Below are positions 1 through 9,036 of a stretch of 64,000 nucleotides of DNA, one piece after another. The position numbers were made by a program, and so were the translations under genes. The stretch is from a virus. Lineage: Duplodnaviria; Caudoviricetes. The notes beneath the pieces were generated by a model. That model was not told the DNA's origin, did not search any database, and was given only the letters and a program-made list of their open reading frames with translations. Each line of letters opens with the position of its first letter. Within the stretch, counting starts at the first letter, position 1. The DNA lies in the IMG/VR virus record IMGVR_UViG_3300001525_000065, positions 32,001 through 96,000 of that record; one strand, 5' to 3'.

Positions 1-2343
1 GATGATTTCTGTAAGCGTGAATTGGATAATGCAGATAGGATCTCATACGATATAGAGACGAATGCAGAACCTACTTTCTCGAATAAATTTGAGGTAGTAG
101 GATTCTCATTGGCATCAAGAGGAGATAAAGGAAGTTATACAGTTATTAAATCTCTTGATTACGAGATGCCAAAGAGAGATGTATTACTGGTTAAATCGAG
201 AATACGCAAGTTATTGACAGAGAAGAATTGTGTATTGACATATAACTGCCTGTATGAGTTGCCTGGTACTCTTAATTGGGCTAATATTGAGATTAATCAT
301 GTGTTTGATGTATTCGTAATGGTCAAGCTCATGGTAGGTGACTCAGCCAAGTATATGGGTGGTCGAGGATTGAAAGCACAGTGCTCGTTACATCTAGGAT
401 ACAAGGATTGGTCAAAGGATCTGGACATTTATTTGGATGCGATTCAAGATCTCAAGCATAAGAAAGGTACAGTAGTAAAAACTCTTCTTAAATATTATAA
501 TAAAGCAGAAGTAGTGAATCTTATGCAGATACTTGAGCAGAAGATTCAAGATGATCCTGATTGTATCTCACGAGATGTTGTTTCTTATGGATTAGCACCA
601 TACAAACTCATAGGGAAGTATGGTGGAATTGATGCAGAAGTATTGTTCCCATTGTACGATTATTATGAAGATCAAATAAATAAGATGAGTGCAGAGATGA
701 ATATCGATTTGCATAAAGGTCTTGATTATTGGATGAAGCATCATCTAGCAGCATACGTTCTTGAGCGTAATGGAGCATACTGGGATGAGCAAGAAGCTCA
801 GAAAGTTTCAGCATGGTGTAGGAATATTGCACAAGAGTCATTGGCATATCTTGTATCATCTCCATTGACATTCCCATGGATAAAGAATAAAGTTATTTAT
901 AATGAATACCTGGCATGGCTTAGAAACAATAAGTGCCAAGAGATTCTAGGAAGAGATACAATTCCTAAGAGAATAACTAAGAATACATTAGAAATTATCA
1001 CAACTAATCAAGATCTTATGAGTATTCTTGAAGGCATGAGCTTGTCTCCTAGTAAGACTAGTTCAGAAGGGTATAAGTATAAACTTGCTATGGGGCATTT
1101 TGAAAAGCTGAGTGAGCCTTATCGCAATTCTCATGCAGAAGAGTTTGATGATTTTGCTCAGATGTGGATGGATAAATATATGGCAGAATCTCATTCAGTT
1201 GATGAAATGAAAGCATTATTTAATCCCATGAGTAATACAGCAGGCATAAAAGCTCAAATAAGTGAGATTCTTATAACTCCTGCAGTGAGATATGCTCGAA
1301 TTTATGACCAGATTCTTATGAAGATGGAAGCTCCAGATTTTGATATAGATGCAATTTGTACAGCTAAGTGGGATTCTAGTGTAGTATTTGAATCAGATAA
1401 GAAGTTATTGACTCTTGTGAGTAAGTTGAATAGCATGGATATCTCTCAGAGTAAGAAGCTAGAGATGTTCTCGAGGCAGCTTAATTCATCTACAGATTAT
1501 AGATCATGGATGATGAAAAATTTCATAAAGGACTCATTGAATTATAAACTGGATAGTACAGATGATAATCATATTATTGATATCTATAGATGGTATACAT
1601 TGACTGGAGTAGATATAGAGGATGAATCTACATGGAATGACAATTTTAGATGGCTGTATAACTATCGTATGTTTAAGAAGTCATCAAAGATGATATCAGT
1701 GTATATAGATGGTGCAGTTGGTCATCAGTCAGTGTATTGTGCAGATAAAGAATCGCTAGAACGTGGAGACCTAATGACTAAAACATGTGGATCATATAAA
1801 GATCATAATGGTGCATACATATTGCATACTAAGTTTTCTCCATGTGCTGCTGATACTGGACGATGGAAAGCAACGATGCATGTCCTCCCTAGTGGACGCA
1901 CAATAAAGCGTGTAATAAAATCAAGATTTCCTGGAGGAGTTGTATTCTGCCCTGACTGTTCCCAGGCAGAGGTGCGTACTCTTGCACGAGTAGCTCAGGA
2001 TAAGAATTTGATGGATGCATTTGAGAATGGTCTGGATATACATAGATATGTAGCATGCCTCACTGGAGATACGGAAGTACTGCTTGCAGATGGTTCAAGT
2101 AGAATGATAAAAGATCTAGTTGATTCAGAAGTGGGAGTAGCATGCTTGGATAAGAATAATGAAGTCACTACTAAGATGGCTACTAACATCAGAAAGACAA
2201 AGTCAACAACGAAGATAGTAGAAGTAACTCTTGATAATGGAGAAGTAATAAGATGCACGCCTGAGCATCTATGGCTTACTAAGAATGGATATATTGAAGC
2301 AAAAGATCTAGAAGGTTTAGATGTAGTAGGAGTAGCTAAATGA
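1..2343 (+). CDS. polA: Family A DNA polymerase, N-terminal part, ending in split-intein N-half (IntN 2056-2340); frame is open from base 1, so the start lies upstream of the window
   Basis: 3'-5' exonuclease motif YDIET; TGRW; motif A DCSQAEVR; DIHRYVA followed by intein block A CLTGDTEV and block B CTPEHLW; stops after 95 intein residues. Confidence 0.93.
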   Translation, partial: DDFCKRELDNADRISYDIETNAEPTFSNKFEVVGFSLASRGDKGSYTVIKSLDYEMPKRDVLLVKSRIRKLLTEKNCVLTYNCLYELPGTLNWANIEINHVFDVFVMVKLMVGDSAKYMGGRGLKAQCSLHLGYKDWSKDLDIYLDAIQDLKHKKGTVVKTLLKYYNKAEVVNLMQILEQKIQDDPDCISRDVVSYGLAPYKLIGKYGGIDAEVLFPLYDYYEDQINKMSAEMNIDLHKGLDYWMKHHLAAYVLERNGAYWDEQEAQKVSAWCRNIAQESLAYLVSSPLTFPWIKNKVIYNEYLAWLRNNKCQEILGRDTIPKRITKNTLEIITTNQDLMSILEGMSLSPSKTSSEGYKYKLAMGHFEKLSEPYRNSHAEEFDDFAQMWMDKYMAESHSVDEMKALFNPMSNTAGIKAQISEILITPAVRYARIYDQILMKMEAPDFDIDAICTAKWDSSVVFESDKKLLTLVSKLNSMDISQSKKLEMFSRQLNSSTDYRSWMMKNFIKDSLNYKLDSTDDNHIIDIYRWYTLTGVDIEDESTWNDNFRWLYNYRMFKKSSKMISVYIDGAVGHQSVYCADKESLERGDLMTKTCGSYKDHNGAYILHTKFSPCAADTGRWKATMHVLPSGRTIKRVIKSRFPGGVVFCPDCSQAEVRTLARVAQDKNLMDAFENGLDIHRYVACLTGDTEVLLADGSSRMIKDLVDSEVGVACLDKNNEVTTKMATNIRKTKSTTKIVEVTLDNGEVIRCTPEHLWLTKNGYIEAKDLEGLDVVGVAK

Positions 2344-3968
2344 AATACACTAAGAGATGCATAATTTGTGATAAAGAATTCACTACTACATCTGCAACTA
2401 AAGTGATATGCAATGATGTACACTATCGCAAATGCGAGATATGTGAGGCAGAATTCATTCTGCCTGCTAGAGCTCCTGATAGAACTACATGCAGCAAAAG
2501 ATGCACATTCATGAAGAATTATGGAGTCCCTAGTCCATTTATGTCAGAAGTAGTTAAGGCTAAATCTCGTGAGACTAGTATGAGAAAGTATGGAACTATC
2601 AATCCTTTATCATCTGATGTAGTGAAGAATAAGATCAAAGAGACCAATCAGCAGAAATATGGATGTGATAATCCTATGAAGTCAGAAGAGATAAAAGCGA
2701 AAGCTAGAGTCACTAATCAGAATAGATATGGAGTAGACTACCCTATGCAATCTACTGAGGTGCAAGAGAAGTCTAAGCGAACGTTACTTGATAAATATGG
2801 AGTAGACAATATAAGCAAGTTATCTGAGACATGGGATAAGACTCATGAAACTTGGATGAAGAATTATGGAGTACCTCATCCGCTTAAATCAGCAGTAGTG
2901 AAAGATAAAGTAATACAGACTAATCAAGATAAGTATGGAGTAGACTATTTTACACAATCTGATGAATACAAGATCAAAACTTCTGAGGCTTGTATGGATA
3001 AGTATGGAGTTGCTTATCCGTGTATGACTGATCAATGTATTCAGGCTAGTAGCCGAATATCTAAAGTGAATAAACGATTCATGAAATTCTTAAACGATCA
3101 TGGAATAGATGCTGAATATGAGTACCGTCTAGGCAGATTTTCTTATGATCTTCATGTATTGAATACTAACATACTTATAGAAATCGATCCTACATTTACT
3201 CATAATGTAACTACTCCTCATCATGATTATATGATTGATAAAAGTTATCATTTGAGCAAGACATTTATAGCTGAAGAGAATGGATTTAGATGTATACATG
3301 TCTTTGACTGGGATGACTGGAGCAAGATTCTGGACGTAATAAATCCTGATAAACATAAGGTCTATGCACGTAAATGCCAGATAACGAAGATAAGTAGTGC
3401 AGAGTGCGATGACTTCATGAACAAGTACCATTTGCAGAATACCTGCAGAGGTCAATCAGTTAGACTTGGATTATCATACAATGATGAGCTAATTCAGGTT
3501 ATGACATTTGGTAAACCTCGATACAATAAGAATTATGAGTATGAGTTGCTGAGATTATGTACTAAATCTAGATACTCTGCAGTAGGTGGATCCAATAAGC
3601 TATTCAACTACTTCATACATAATTATAATCCTAGATCCATCATCTCTTATTGTGATAATGCCAAGTTTACTGGAGATGTGTATGATTCATTAGGAATGGT
3701 ACTGCAATCATTATCAGATATAGGTATTCATTGGTTTCACAATGGTATTCACATTACTGATAATCTACTGAGACAGCAGGGATTCGATAGGTTACTAGGC
3801 GATAAGTATGGCACCTATGGCAAAGGTACTAATAATGAAGAGCTGATGAAAATGCATGGATTCATGCAAGTTCCTGATTGTGGACAAAAGATATTTGTAT
3901 GGAGTAATGAGAATAATCTGAACGAGTCTACTTGTGGAGGTAATGATAATGGAAGTAACCAAGCATAA
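2340..3968 (+). CDS. Free-standing putative homing endonuclease (Zn-finger N-terminus, KYG repeats, Vsr/PD-(D/E)xK-like nuclease, Hef-like C-terminal domain)
   Basis: CxxC pairs; repeated KYGVD/NP units; YDLHV...ILIEID...H...GFRCIHVFD nuclease pattern; sits between the two intein halves. Confidence 0.75.
   Translation: MKYTKRCIICDKEFTTTSATKVICNDVHYRKCEICEAEFILPARAPDRTTCSKRCTFMKNYGVPSPFMSEVVKAKSRETSMRKYGTINPLSSDVVKNKIKETNQQKYGCDNPMKSEEIKAKARVTNQNRYGVDYPMQSTEVQEKSKRTLLDKYGVDNISKLSETWDKTHETWMKNYGVPHPLKSAVVKDKVIQTNQDKYGVDYFTQSDEYKIKTSEACMDKYGVAYPCMTDQCIQASSRISKVNKRFMKFLNDHGIDAEYEYRLGRFSYDLHVLNTNILIEIDPTFTHNVTTPHHDYMIDKSYHLSKTFIAEENGFRCIHVFDWDDWSKILDVINPDKHKVYARKCQITKISSAECDDFMNKYHLQNTCRGQSVRLGLSYNDELIQVMTFGKPRYNKNYEYELLRLCTKSRYSAVGGSNKLFNYFIHNYNPRSIISYCDNAKFTGDVYDSLGMVLQSLSDIGIHWFHNGIHITDNLLRQQGFDRLLGDKYGTYGKGTNNEELMKMHGFMQVPDCGQKIFVWSNENNLNESTCGGNDNGSNQA
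3903..3930 (+). promoter_or_regulatory. Promoter-like motif AGTAAT-N12-AACGAGTCTA upstream of the IntC-polymerase gene
   Basis: Matches the motif at 6201, 8348, 10767, 53201(-) and 63663(-); directly upstream of an SD and ATG. Confidence 0.65.
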
Positions 3969-4923
3969 AGTTGTATCAGTAAAACAAATAGAATTAGATG
4001 AACCAATAGATGTATATGACATGGAGGTAGATGAGCATCATAACTTCTGTGTATCATGTAATGATGGTACTAGCGTAGTAGTTCATAATTGTAAAGCATT
4101 CAATAAGCCAATGGAAGAAGTTACTAAGGCTGAACGAAGCTTTGCTAAAGGTGCTGTCTTTGGTCTTCTGTACGGTGAGTCAGAAAGATCATTTGCTGAG
4201 ACATTCACACATGGTGACATTGATAGAGCTAAAGAGATATTCAATAGCATCTTCACTGCATTTCCTGGCATAAAGACTTATATTGAGAAAGCTCATCAAC
4301 AGTATAGAGATCATAAGAAAGTCACATTATTGACAGATAGATTCATAGATCTTACTGAGATAGAACGTCAGAATGGTAATGACACTGATAGAATTCTGAG
4401 ACAATCACAAAATTATGTGATACAAGGAAGTTGTTGTGACATAGCAGGTCTTATTCTGTATAAGATATGTGAATTTATAAAGAATAATAACATGAAGAGT
4501 AAGCCATTTTGTTTCATACATGACAGCATAGAGATTGATTGTGATCCTTCAGAGACCTTCAGAATGATTGATGCACTTGCTCCACTATTCAATCAGTATC
4601 CTAGAGATGCATTTGGAGTGCCTATGGCATCAGACATAGTGCTCAGTACTAACATGGGAGCAGAATGCGAAGTAGTAGAACATATTCATGACGATGATTA
4701 TCAGCACATAGAATTGACACTTAATGGATTCAAGGATGACCTAGATGATCTGTATGACAACTGGTTACCAGTGTATAAATCAGTTACTTATGTGGATGAT
4801 GAATCATCTATAACTGAAGAGAGATTCCCAAGATCTGGATTGTTTCAGAAGAAGGTTACATTCTCAGAGGATATGGGTAAGACTAAGATCAAGTTGAATC
4901 GTAAATTCATAATAGAGGTATAA
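3949..4923 (+). CDS. polA: Split-intein C-half (3949-4089) fused to the DNA polymerase A C-terminal part
   Basis: GGAGG at 3936-3940 before ATG 3949; block F VYDMEVDEHHNF, block G VVHN then Cys+1; motif B RSFAKGAVFGLLYG; motif C HDSIE. Confidence 0.93.
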   Translation: MEVTKHKVVSVKQIELDEPIDVYDMEVDEHHNFCVSCNDGTSVVVHNCKAFNKPMEEVTKAERSFAKGAVFGLLYGESERSFAETFTHGDIDRAKEIFNSIFTAFPGIKTYIEKAHQQYRDHKKVTLLTDRFIDLTEIERQNGNDTDRILRQSQNYVIQGSCCDIAGLILYKICEFIKNNNMKSKPFCFIHDSIEIDCDPSETFRMIDALAPLFNQYPRDAFGVPMASDIVLSTNMGAECEVVEHIHDDDYQHIELTLNGFKDDLDDLYDNWLPVYKSVTYVDDESSITEERFPRSGLFQKKVTFSEDMGKTKIKLNRKFIIEV

Positions 4924-4935
4924 GGAGATACACTA

Positions 4936-6036
4936 ATGAACATAGCAGTAGTAACATTCAACACAGATGCTCAGCATATGACAGGTATCATAGCTGGACC
5001 AATCTATCTATGGCAGACTCTCAATGCACAAGAAGGAGTAACTGCAGATCTGATAGCTACACATCCTAAAGGAGATCATGATCTAGATATTGTACAGTAT
5101 CCGAATGCTGATGAATGCATTCCTGAGTATTTGAATAAGTATGACTTTATTATCTTTGCTACTCCAGGATACAGAATTAATGATGTAAATTCAGTAACTG
5201 AACCAATGTATACTGAAATGCTCACTGGGCTTACAACTCCATTTGGAATAACTATTAATGCTGAGACTGATTATCAGACATACCCTAAGATCATATGGGA
5301 TGAATTTACTAGTCATCTATATTATCGAGTACTCTTTTTGAATGCTGAAGAATCCCATAATGACTTCACGCAGATACTGCCCAAGGATGGTACATGCATT
5401 GAATTCAATTTTATGATACCTATGTCACTGAAAGATGTGATAAAGAATGCAATAGCTAAGATGAATGAACCTAATCGGATTATAAGTACTGCTAGATGGA
5501 TACCCATTAAACGAGTGGCTGAGCTAGTGGATCTTGCACCTAAATTCAAAGAGAATGATATTCAGCTGCTTGTAGCAGGTGATAGGCGTACCTACTTCTA
5601 TTACAGAGACATATTAGCTAATCATTCAGAAGACTGGACTGATCTTGGCTCATTTAATCTAGAAGATCTGCCTGAGATGCTTAAGAATGTCAAGTACCAT
5701 TATGGTATGATGTTTCTGAAGAGGATTACTAAGAAGAGAACTGCGCTTAGGCATCGCCTTGAGCTAGTAACTCTTGAAGCATTGATGCATGGATGTCTAC
5801 CTGTACTATGCGATCAGCTAGCTCCATCATGGATAGGTAGTACTGGACCTTCTGCTATTGTACTCAATAAGGATGAGATGGATAAACTACCTGGCATTAT
5901 TGCATCGATAAGCCCAGAGGAATATGTCAGCAGGGTTAAGACATTCTATAATGAAGTACGAATCAATATATGGAATAAGTATCAAGAGGTATTCATACCT
6001 ACTCTGCAGAAGATAGTTGATAGCTACTCAGAATAA
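4936..6036 (+). CDS. GT-B fold glycosyltransferase, probably DNA-modifying
   Basis: ISTARWIPIKRV and LELVTLEALMHGCLPV motifs typical of GT4-like enzymes; directly after the polymerase. Confidence 0.7.
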   Translation: MNIAVVTFNTDAQHMTGIIAGPIYLWQTLNAQEGVTADLIATHPKGDHDLDIVQYPNADECIPEYLNKYDFIIFATPGYRINDVNSVTEPMYTEMLTGLTTPFGITINAETDYQTYPKIIWDEFTSHLYYRVLFLNAEESHNDFTQILPKDGTCIEFNFMIPMSLKDVIKNAIAKMNEPNRIISTARWIPIKRVAELVDLAPKFKENDIQLLVAGDRRTYFYYRDILANHSEDWTDLGSFNLEDLPEMLKNVKYHYGMMFLKRITKKRTALRHRLELVTLEALMHGCLPVLCDQLAPSWIGSTGPSAIVLNKDEMDKLPGIIASISPEEYVSRVKTFYNEVRINIWNKYQEVFIPTLQKIVDSYSE

Positions 6037-6041
6037 GCAGT

Positions 6042-6191
6042 TTACTGGATTTTGCTTCTCTGTAATGCTTACTTAGTGCTACAAGACGTTTAGAGGCTCT
6101 CTAGACCTCGTTAGTGCATATAGGGGCAAAACCCTCCCCTTGACATCAAAAGCGTCTCTAGGACGTTCTAGAGGCTCTAGAGACGTTATGT
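6042..6191. repeat. Dispersed ~130-150 bp quasi-palindromic repeat, copy 1
   Basis: Core ggggcaaaaccctcccc with TAG/CTA-rich arms; five other copies in the window. Confidence 0.9.
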
Positions 6192-6200
6192 GATTTTACG

Positions 6201-6228
6201 AGTAATTTATGATGCATAAACGAGTCTA
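6201..6228 (+). promoter_or_regulatory. Promoter-like motif AGTAAT-N12-AACGAGTCTA
   Basis: Continues as GTTCAGTAAGA, shared with the 10767 and 63663 copies; upstream of ORF 6253. Confidence 0.7.
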
Positions 6229-6252
6229 GTTCAGTAAGATGAATGGAGGATA

Positions 6253-6723
6253 ATGAGCATGAATATCAATCTCGAAGATTATCTGAGTGAAGATCAGATC
6301 AGGAGTATAATCGAAGAAGAGGTCCGAGCTGATATCAGAAATAAGATTATAGGTATGTCTGATGAACATCTTTCAACTGTTATGGTGAATGCCACGTATG
6401 AAGCAGTTGACAGGATGGTAGCAGAGAGATTCCATAATGACCTTACTGAGAAATTAGCAATTCGAGTAGCTGCACTAATAGACACTATGTCATTCTACAC
6501 TATATTCAGACAGAAAGATGCATATAGACCTGCATCGTTGTGCCAGCAGTACCTTGATGAAGCAGTAGAAGCTAATAAAGATCTTATTGCTCAGAAGGTA
6601 GTTGAGAAGATCAATGATTTTCATTATGATGAAATCAAGGAGTCCATTGAAGATACTGTGTATGAAGTAATCCATGATAAACTTTTTGGTAAGAAGGAGG
6701 ATACTACTCATGAACCTTTCTGA
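6253..6723 (+). CDS. Hypothetical protein
   Basis: 156-aa ORF with GGAGG SD after the promoter motif. Confidence 0.75.
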   Translation: MSMNINLEDYLSEDQIRSIIEEEVRADIRNKIIGMSDEHLSTVMVNATYEAVDRMVAERFHNDLTEKLAIRVAALIDTMSFYTIFRQKDAYRPASLCQQYLDEAVEANKDLIAQKVVEKINDFHYDEIKESIEDTVYEVIHDKLFGKKEDTTHEPF

Positions 6724-7306
6724 TAGATATCTGGCACTTAAGAGTGCATTGATTGATTCTGGTGATACCAGGTCAGAGCAGTTTAGTACATTACTGAACT
6801 ACATAGAGAATGAAACTCAGTATCTTGATGCCCCTGCTAGCACCAAGTATCACTGTAGTTATAAGCATGGTCTATTGGAACACTCAGTTAATGTCACTGA
6901 AGTACTTATTAAACTCAATAAAGTTCTAGGTGCTAATTTGCCTATAAGTAGCTGTATTTTTGTAGGACTTTGTCATGATTGTGGTAAGAGCGAACAGTAT
7001 ATAATGAAAGATCCTACTCCTAAACAGATCCAGTATGGATATCCTGGATCCATTGTGTATGCAGATGAGGAATCATGGATGGAGCATTCTACTAGGTCAC
7101 TCAAAATAGTCAGCAAATTCGTAGATTGCACAGATGATGAATGGGCAGCTATTGCATATCATAATGAGCCTCATAATGGTACTCTATCAGAGTGGAGAGA
7201 AACCAAGCTGGGTCTGCTCCTTCAGTATGCTGATTACTATGCAACTAGGTTCATGGAAGTGACTGGAGAAGAGAAATCCAAATCAGCTAGTCAGAATGAG
7301 GAGTGA
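6710..7306 (+). CDS. HD-domain phosphohydrolase
   Basis: APASTKYH...GLLEHS, CHDCGK, H...AIAYH, ADY; AGGAGG SD before ATG 6710. Confidence 0.85.
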   Translation: MNLSDRYLALKSALIDSGDTRSEQFSTLLNYIENETQYLDAPASTKYHCSYKHGLLEHSVNVTEVLIKLNKVLGANLPISSCIFVGLCHDCGKSEQYIMKDPTPKQIQYGYPGSIVYADEESWMEHSTRSLKIVSKFVDCTDDEWAAIAYHNEPHNGTLSEWRETKLGLLLQYADYYATRFMEVTGEEKSKSASQNEE

Positions 7307-7312
7307 GGTCAT

Positions 7313-8407
7313 ATGATCCTAGGCATTTATTCAGATCCACATGTATCATTCACAAGTAGCATACTACCTACATACAGTAGTGATAAATATTCTGCTAGAC
7401 TGCAGATGTGCATAGATTCATTTAGGTGGATGTATGAAGATATATTCTATAAGAATGATGTAGAATTAATATGTTGCTGTGGAGATCTCACTGACAAGTA
7501 CACACTAAGAGCAGATGAGATTACAGCATTGTCAGAATGCCTGGGATCTAATTACGAGAAGATTCCTGAGATACATATCACAGGTAATCATGATATGCTG
7601 AATACTCAGTTTTACTCGACATCACTGCTTAAGTTATTCGATCATGTGCAAATATTCTCTAGTCCTACTAAAATAGATGATACGTTGTCAGTGATGCCAT
7701 ATATGAAACCAGATATGGTAACTCATGAGATGCTTAAACATCTTAAGAATGAGATAGTACTTAGTCATCTCGACATATCTGGATCTCACCTCAGAGGAGA
7801 CTACATTATGGATACAGGAGTAGATCCTGAGCTACTTCGTATGTATTTCAATCTAGTACTGAATGGCCATCTTCACACACGAGAAGCAGTGAAATCTAAA
7901 GTTTGGAATGTAGGTAGCTTGACCAGTGGATCATTCAGTGATAATAACAGTTATGTACCTGGAGTTATGACATATGATACTGTAACACATGAGTTGAATA
8001 CCTATGACAATCCTCATGCAATCTTGTTCAGAAAAATTCATGTATCTGATACAGCTTCTCTTATCAAAGTAATTGATAAACTGAATCACAAATATAATTA
8101 TGTAGTGAGAGTTACTTGTCCATACGATTGTAAAGATAATTGTCATAAGATACTCAGTGAAGCAGATCAGATAATGACATTCAGAGTTATTACAGATCTA
8201 TCACAGAAGAGATCAGTAGAAATGACTAAAAATTCAGTAGCTTCTAGTATATTTACTGAGAGATCATTAGAGTCTGAGATGCTTAAGTATTTGAATGACA
8301 ATAGTAGTCTACTGAAATATCCTATGGGCATCTATCAAGATATCTTGAGTAATAAATCTAGTAAGGACGAGTCTAATATGGAGGTCATGGACAATGAACA
8401 TGAATGA
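7313..8407 (+). CDS. Mre11/SbcD-like metallophosphoesterase nuclease (T4 gp47-like)
   Basis: SDPH, GDL, GNHD and GHLH motifs; near the Rad50-like gene. Confidence 0.9.
   Translation: MILGIYSDPHVSFTSSILPTYSSDKYSARLQMCIDSFRWMYEDIFYKNDVELICCCGDLTDKYTLRADEITALSECLGSNYEKIPEIHITGNHDMLNTQFYSTSLLKLFDHVQIFSSPTKIDDTLSVMPYMKPDMVTHEMLKHLKNEIVLSHLDISGSHLRGDYIMDTGVDPELLRMYFNLVLNGHLHTREAVKSKVWNVGSLTSGSFSDNNSYVPGVMTYDTVTHELNTYDNPHAILFRKIHVSDTASLIKVIDKLNHKYNYVVRVTCPYDCKDNCHKILSEADQIMTFRVITDLSQKRSVEMTKNSVASSIFTERSLESEMLKYLNDNSSLLKYPMGIYQDILSNKSSKDESNMEVMDNEHE
8348..8375 (+). promoter_or_regulatory. Promoter-like motif variant AGTAAT-N12-GACGAGTCTA
   Basis: One mismatch to consensus; precedes GGAGG and ORF 8394. 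Confidence 0.55.
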
Positions 8408-8762
8408 ATCTAAAGAAGCTGCACCAGGAGTATTCTGGGTGATAGATGGAGAGTTGCATGCCTTTCCATTCTATGAAGATAATCTAATTATGAATGGAGT
8501 AGCTAAGTCTAGTACAACATACAATCATCAGAAACTATGGGATAAAGTGAAACCTAGAAAATGCAATAAACCATACAACTATTATCCTAGAGGTAGAGTT
8601 GATATAACTCCTAGCGGAATAGCTATTTTCTATATTAATCCCCACATCACAGATGACATGATACATGAAGTAATTAAGGAATTCGGAGTATCTAGTCTGC
8701 CAGTGAGGATTCACAAAGATTATAGTGATCATTACAAATGTTATCTTGACAAGGAGATATGA
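8394..8762 (+). CDS. Hypothetical protein, paralog of 46434-46850
   Basis: Both share GxFWxID, HxxxW, YYPRGRV and HYxC. Confidence 0.75.
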   Translation: MNMNESKEAAPGVFWVIDGELHAFPFYEDNLIMNGVAKSSTTYNHQKLWDKVKPRKCNKPYNYYPRGRVDITPSGIAIFYINPHITDDMIHEVIKEFGVSSLPVRIHKDYSDHYKCYLDKEI

Positions 8763-8769
8763 ATACATT

Positions 8770-9036
8770 ATGGTTACAAGGCATGAGCTTAAAACCCTAC
8801 CAGTCTATTTTGAGATGGCATGGTTTAGAACGAAGCAGTTTGAGCTACGCAAGAACGATAGAAACTTCCAGATAGGCGATGAAGTTATTCTCAGAGAGTG
8901 GTCACCTGAAGATGGATATTCTGGTAGATCTATTCTAGGTCATATATCATGCATTATAACTGAGCCTACATATTTAGCAGATGGTTATGTAGCACTTGGT
9001 CTCAGTAACATGGTGAATTGGGATGTTGCAGTATGA
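8770..9036 (+). CDS. ASCH/PUA-like (DUF3850-type) protein
   Basis: HELKTLPVYF...KQFELRKNDRNFQIGDEVILREW signature. Confidence 0.8.
   Translation: MVTRHELKTLPVYFEMAWFRTKQFELRKNDRNFQIGDEVILREWSPEDGYSGRSILGHISCIITEPTYLADGYVALGLSNMVNWDVAV

Noticed and set aside
2056-2340. Polymerase IntN as the missing partner of the terminase IntC
   Set aside because: It has its own adjacent IntC that restores polymerase motifs, and the terminase still needs a Walker A N-extein.
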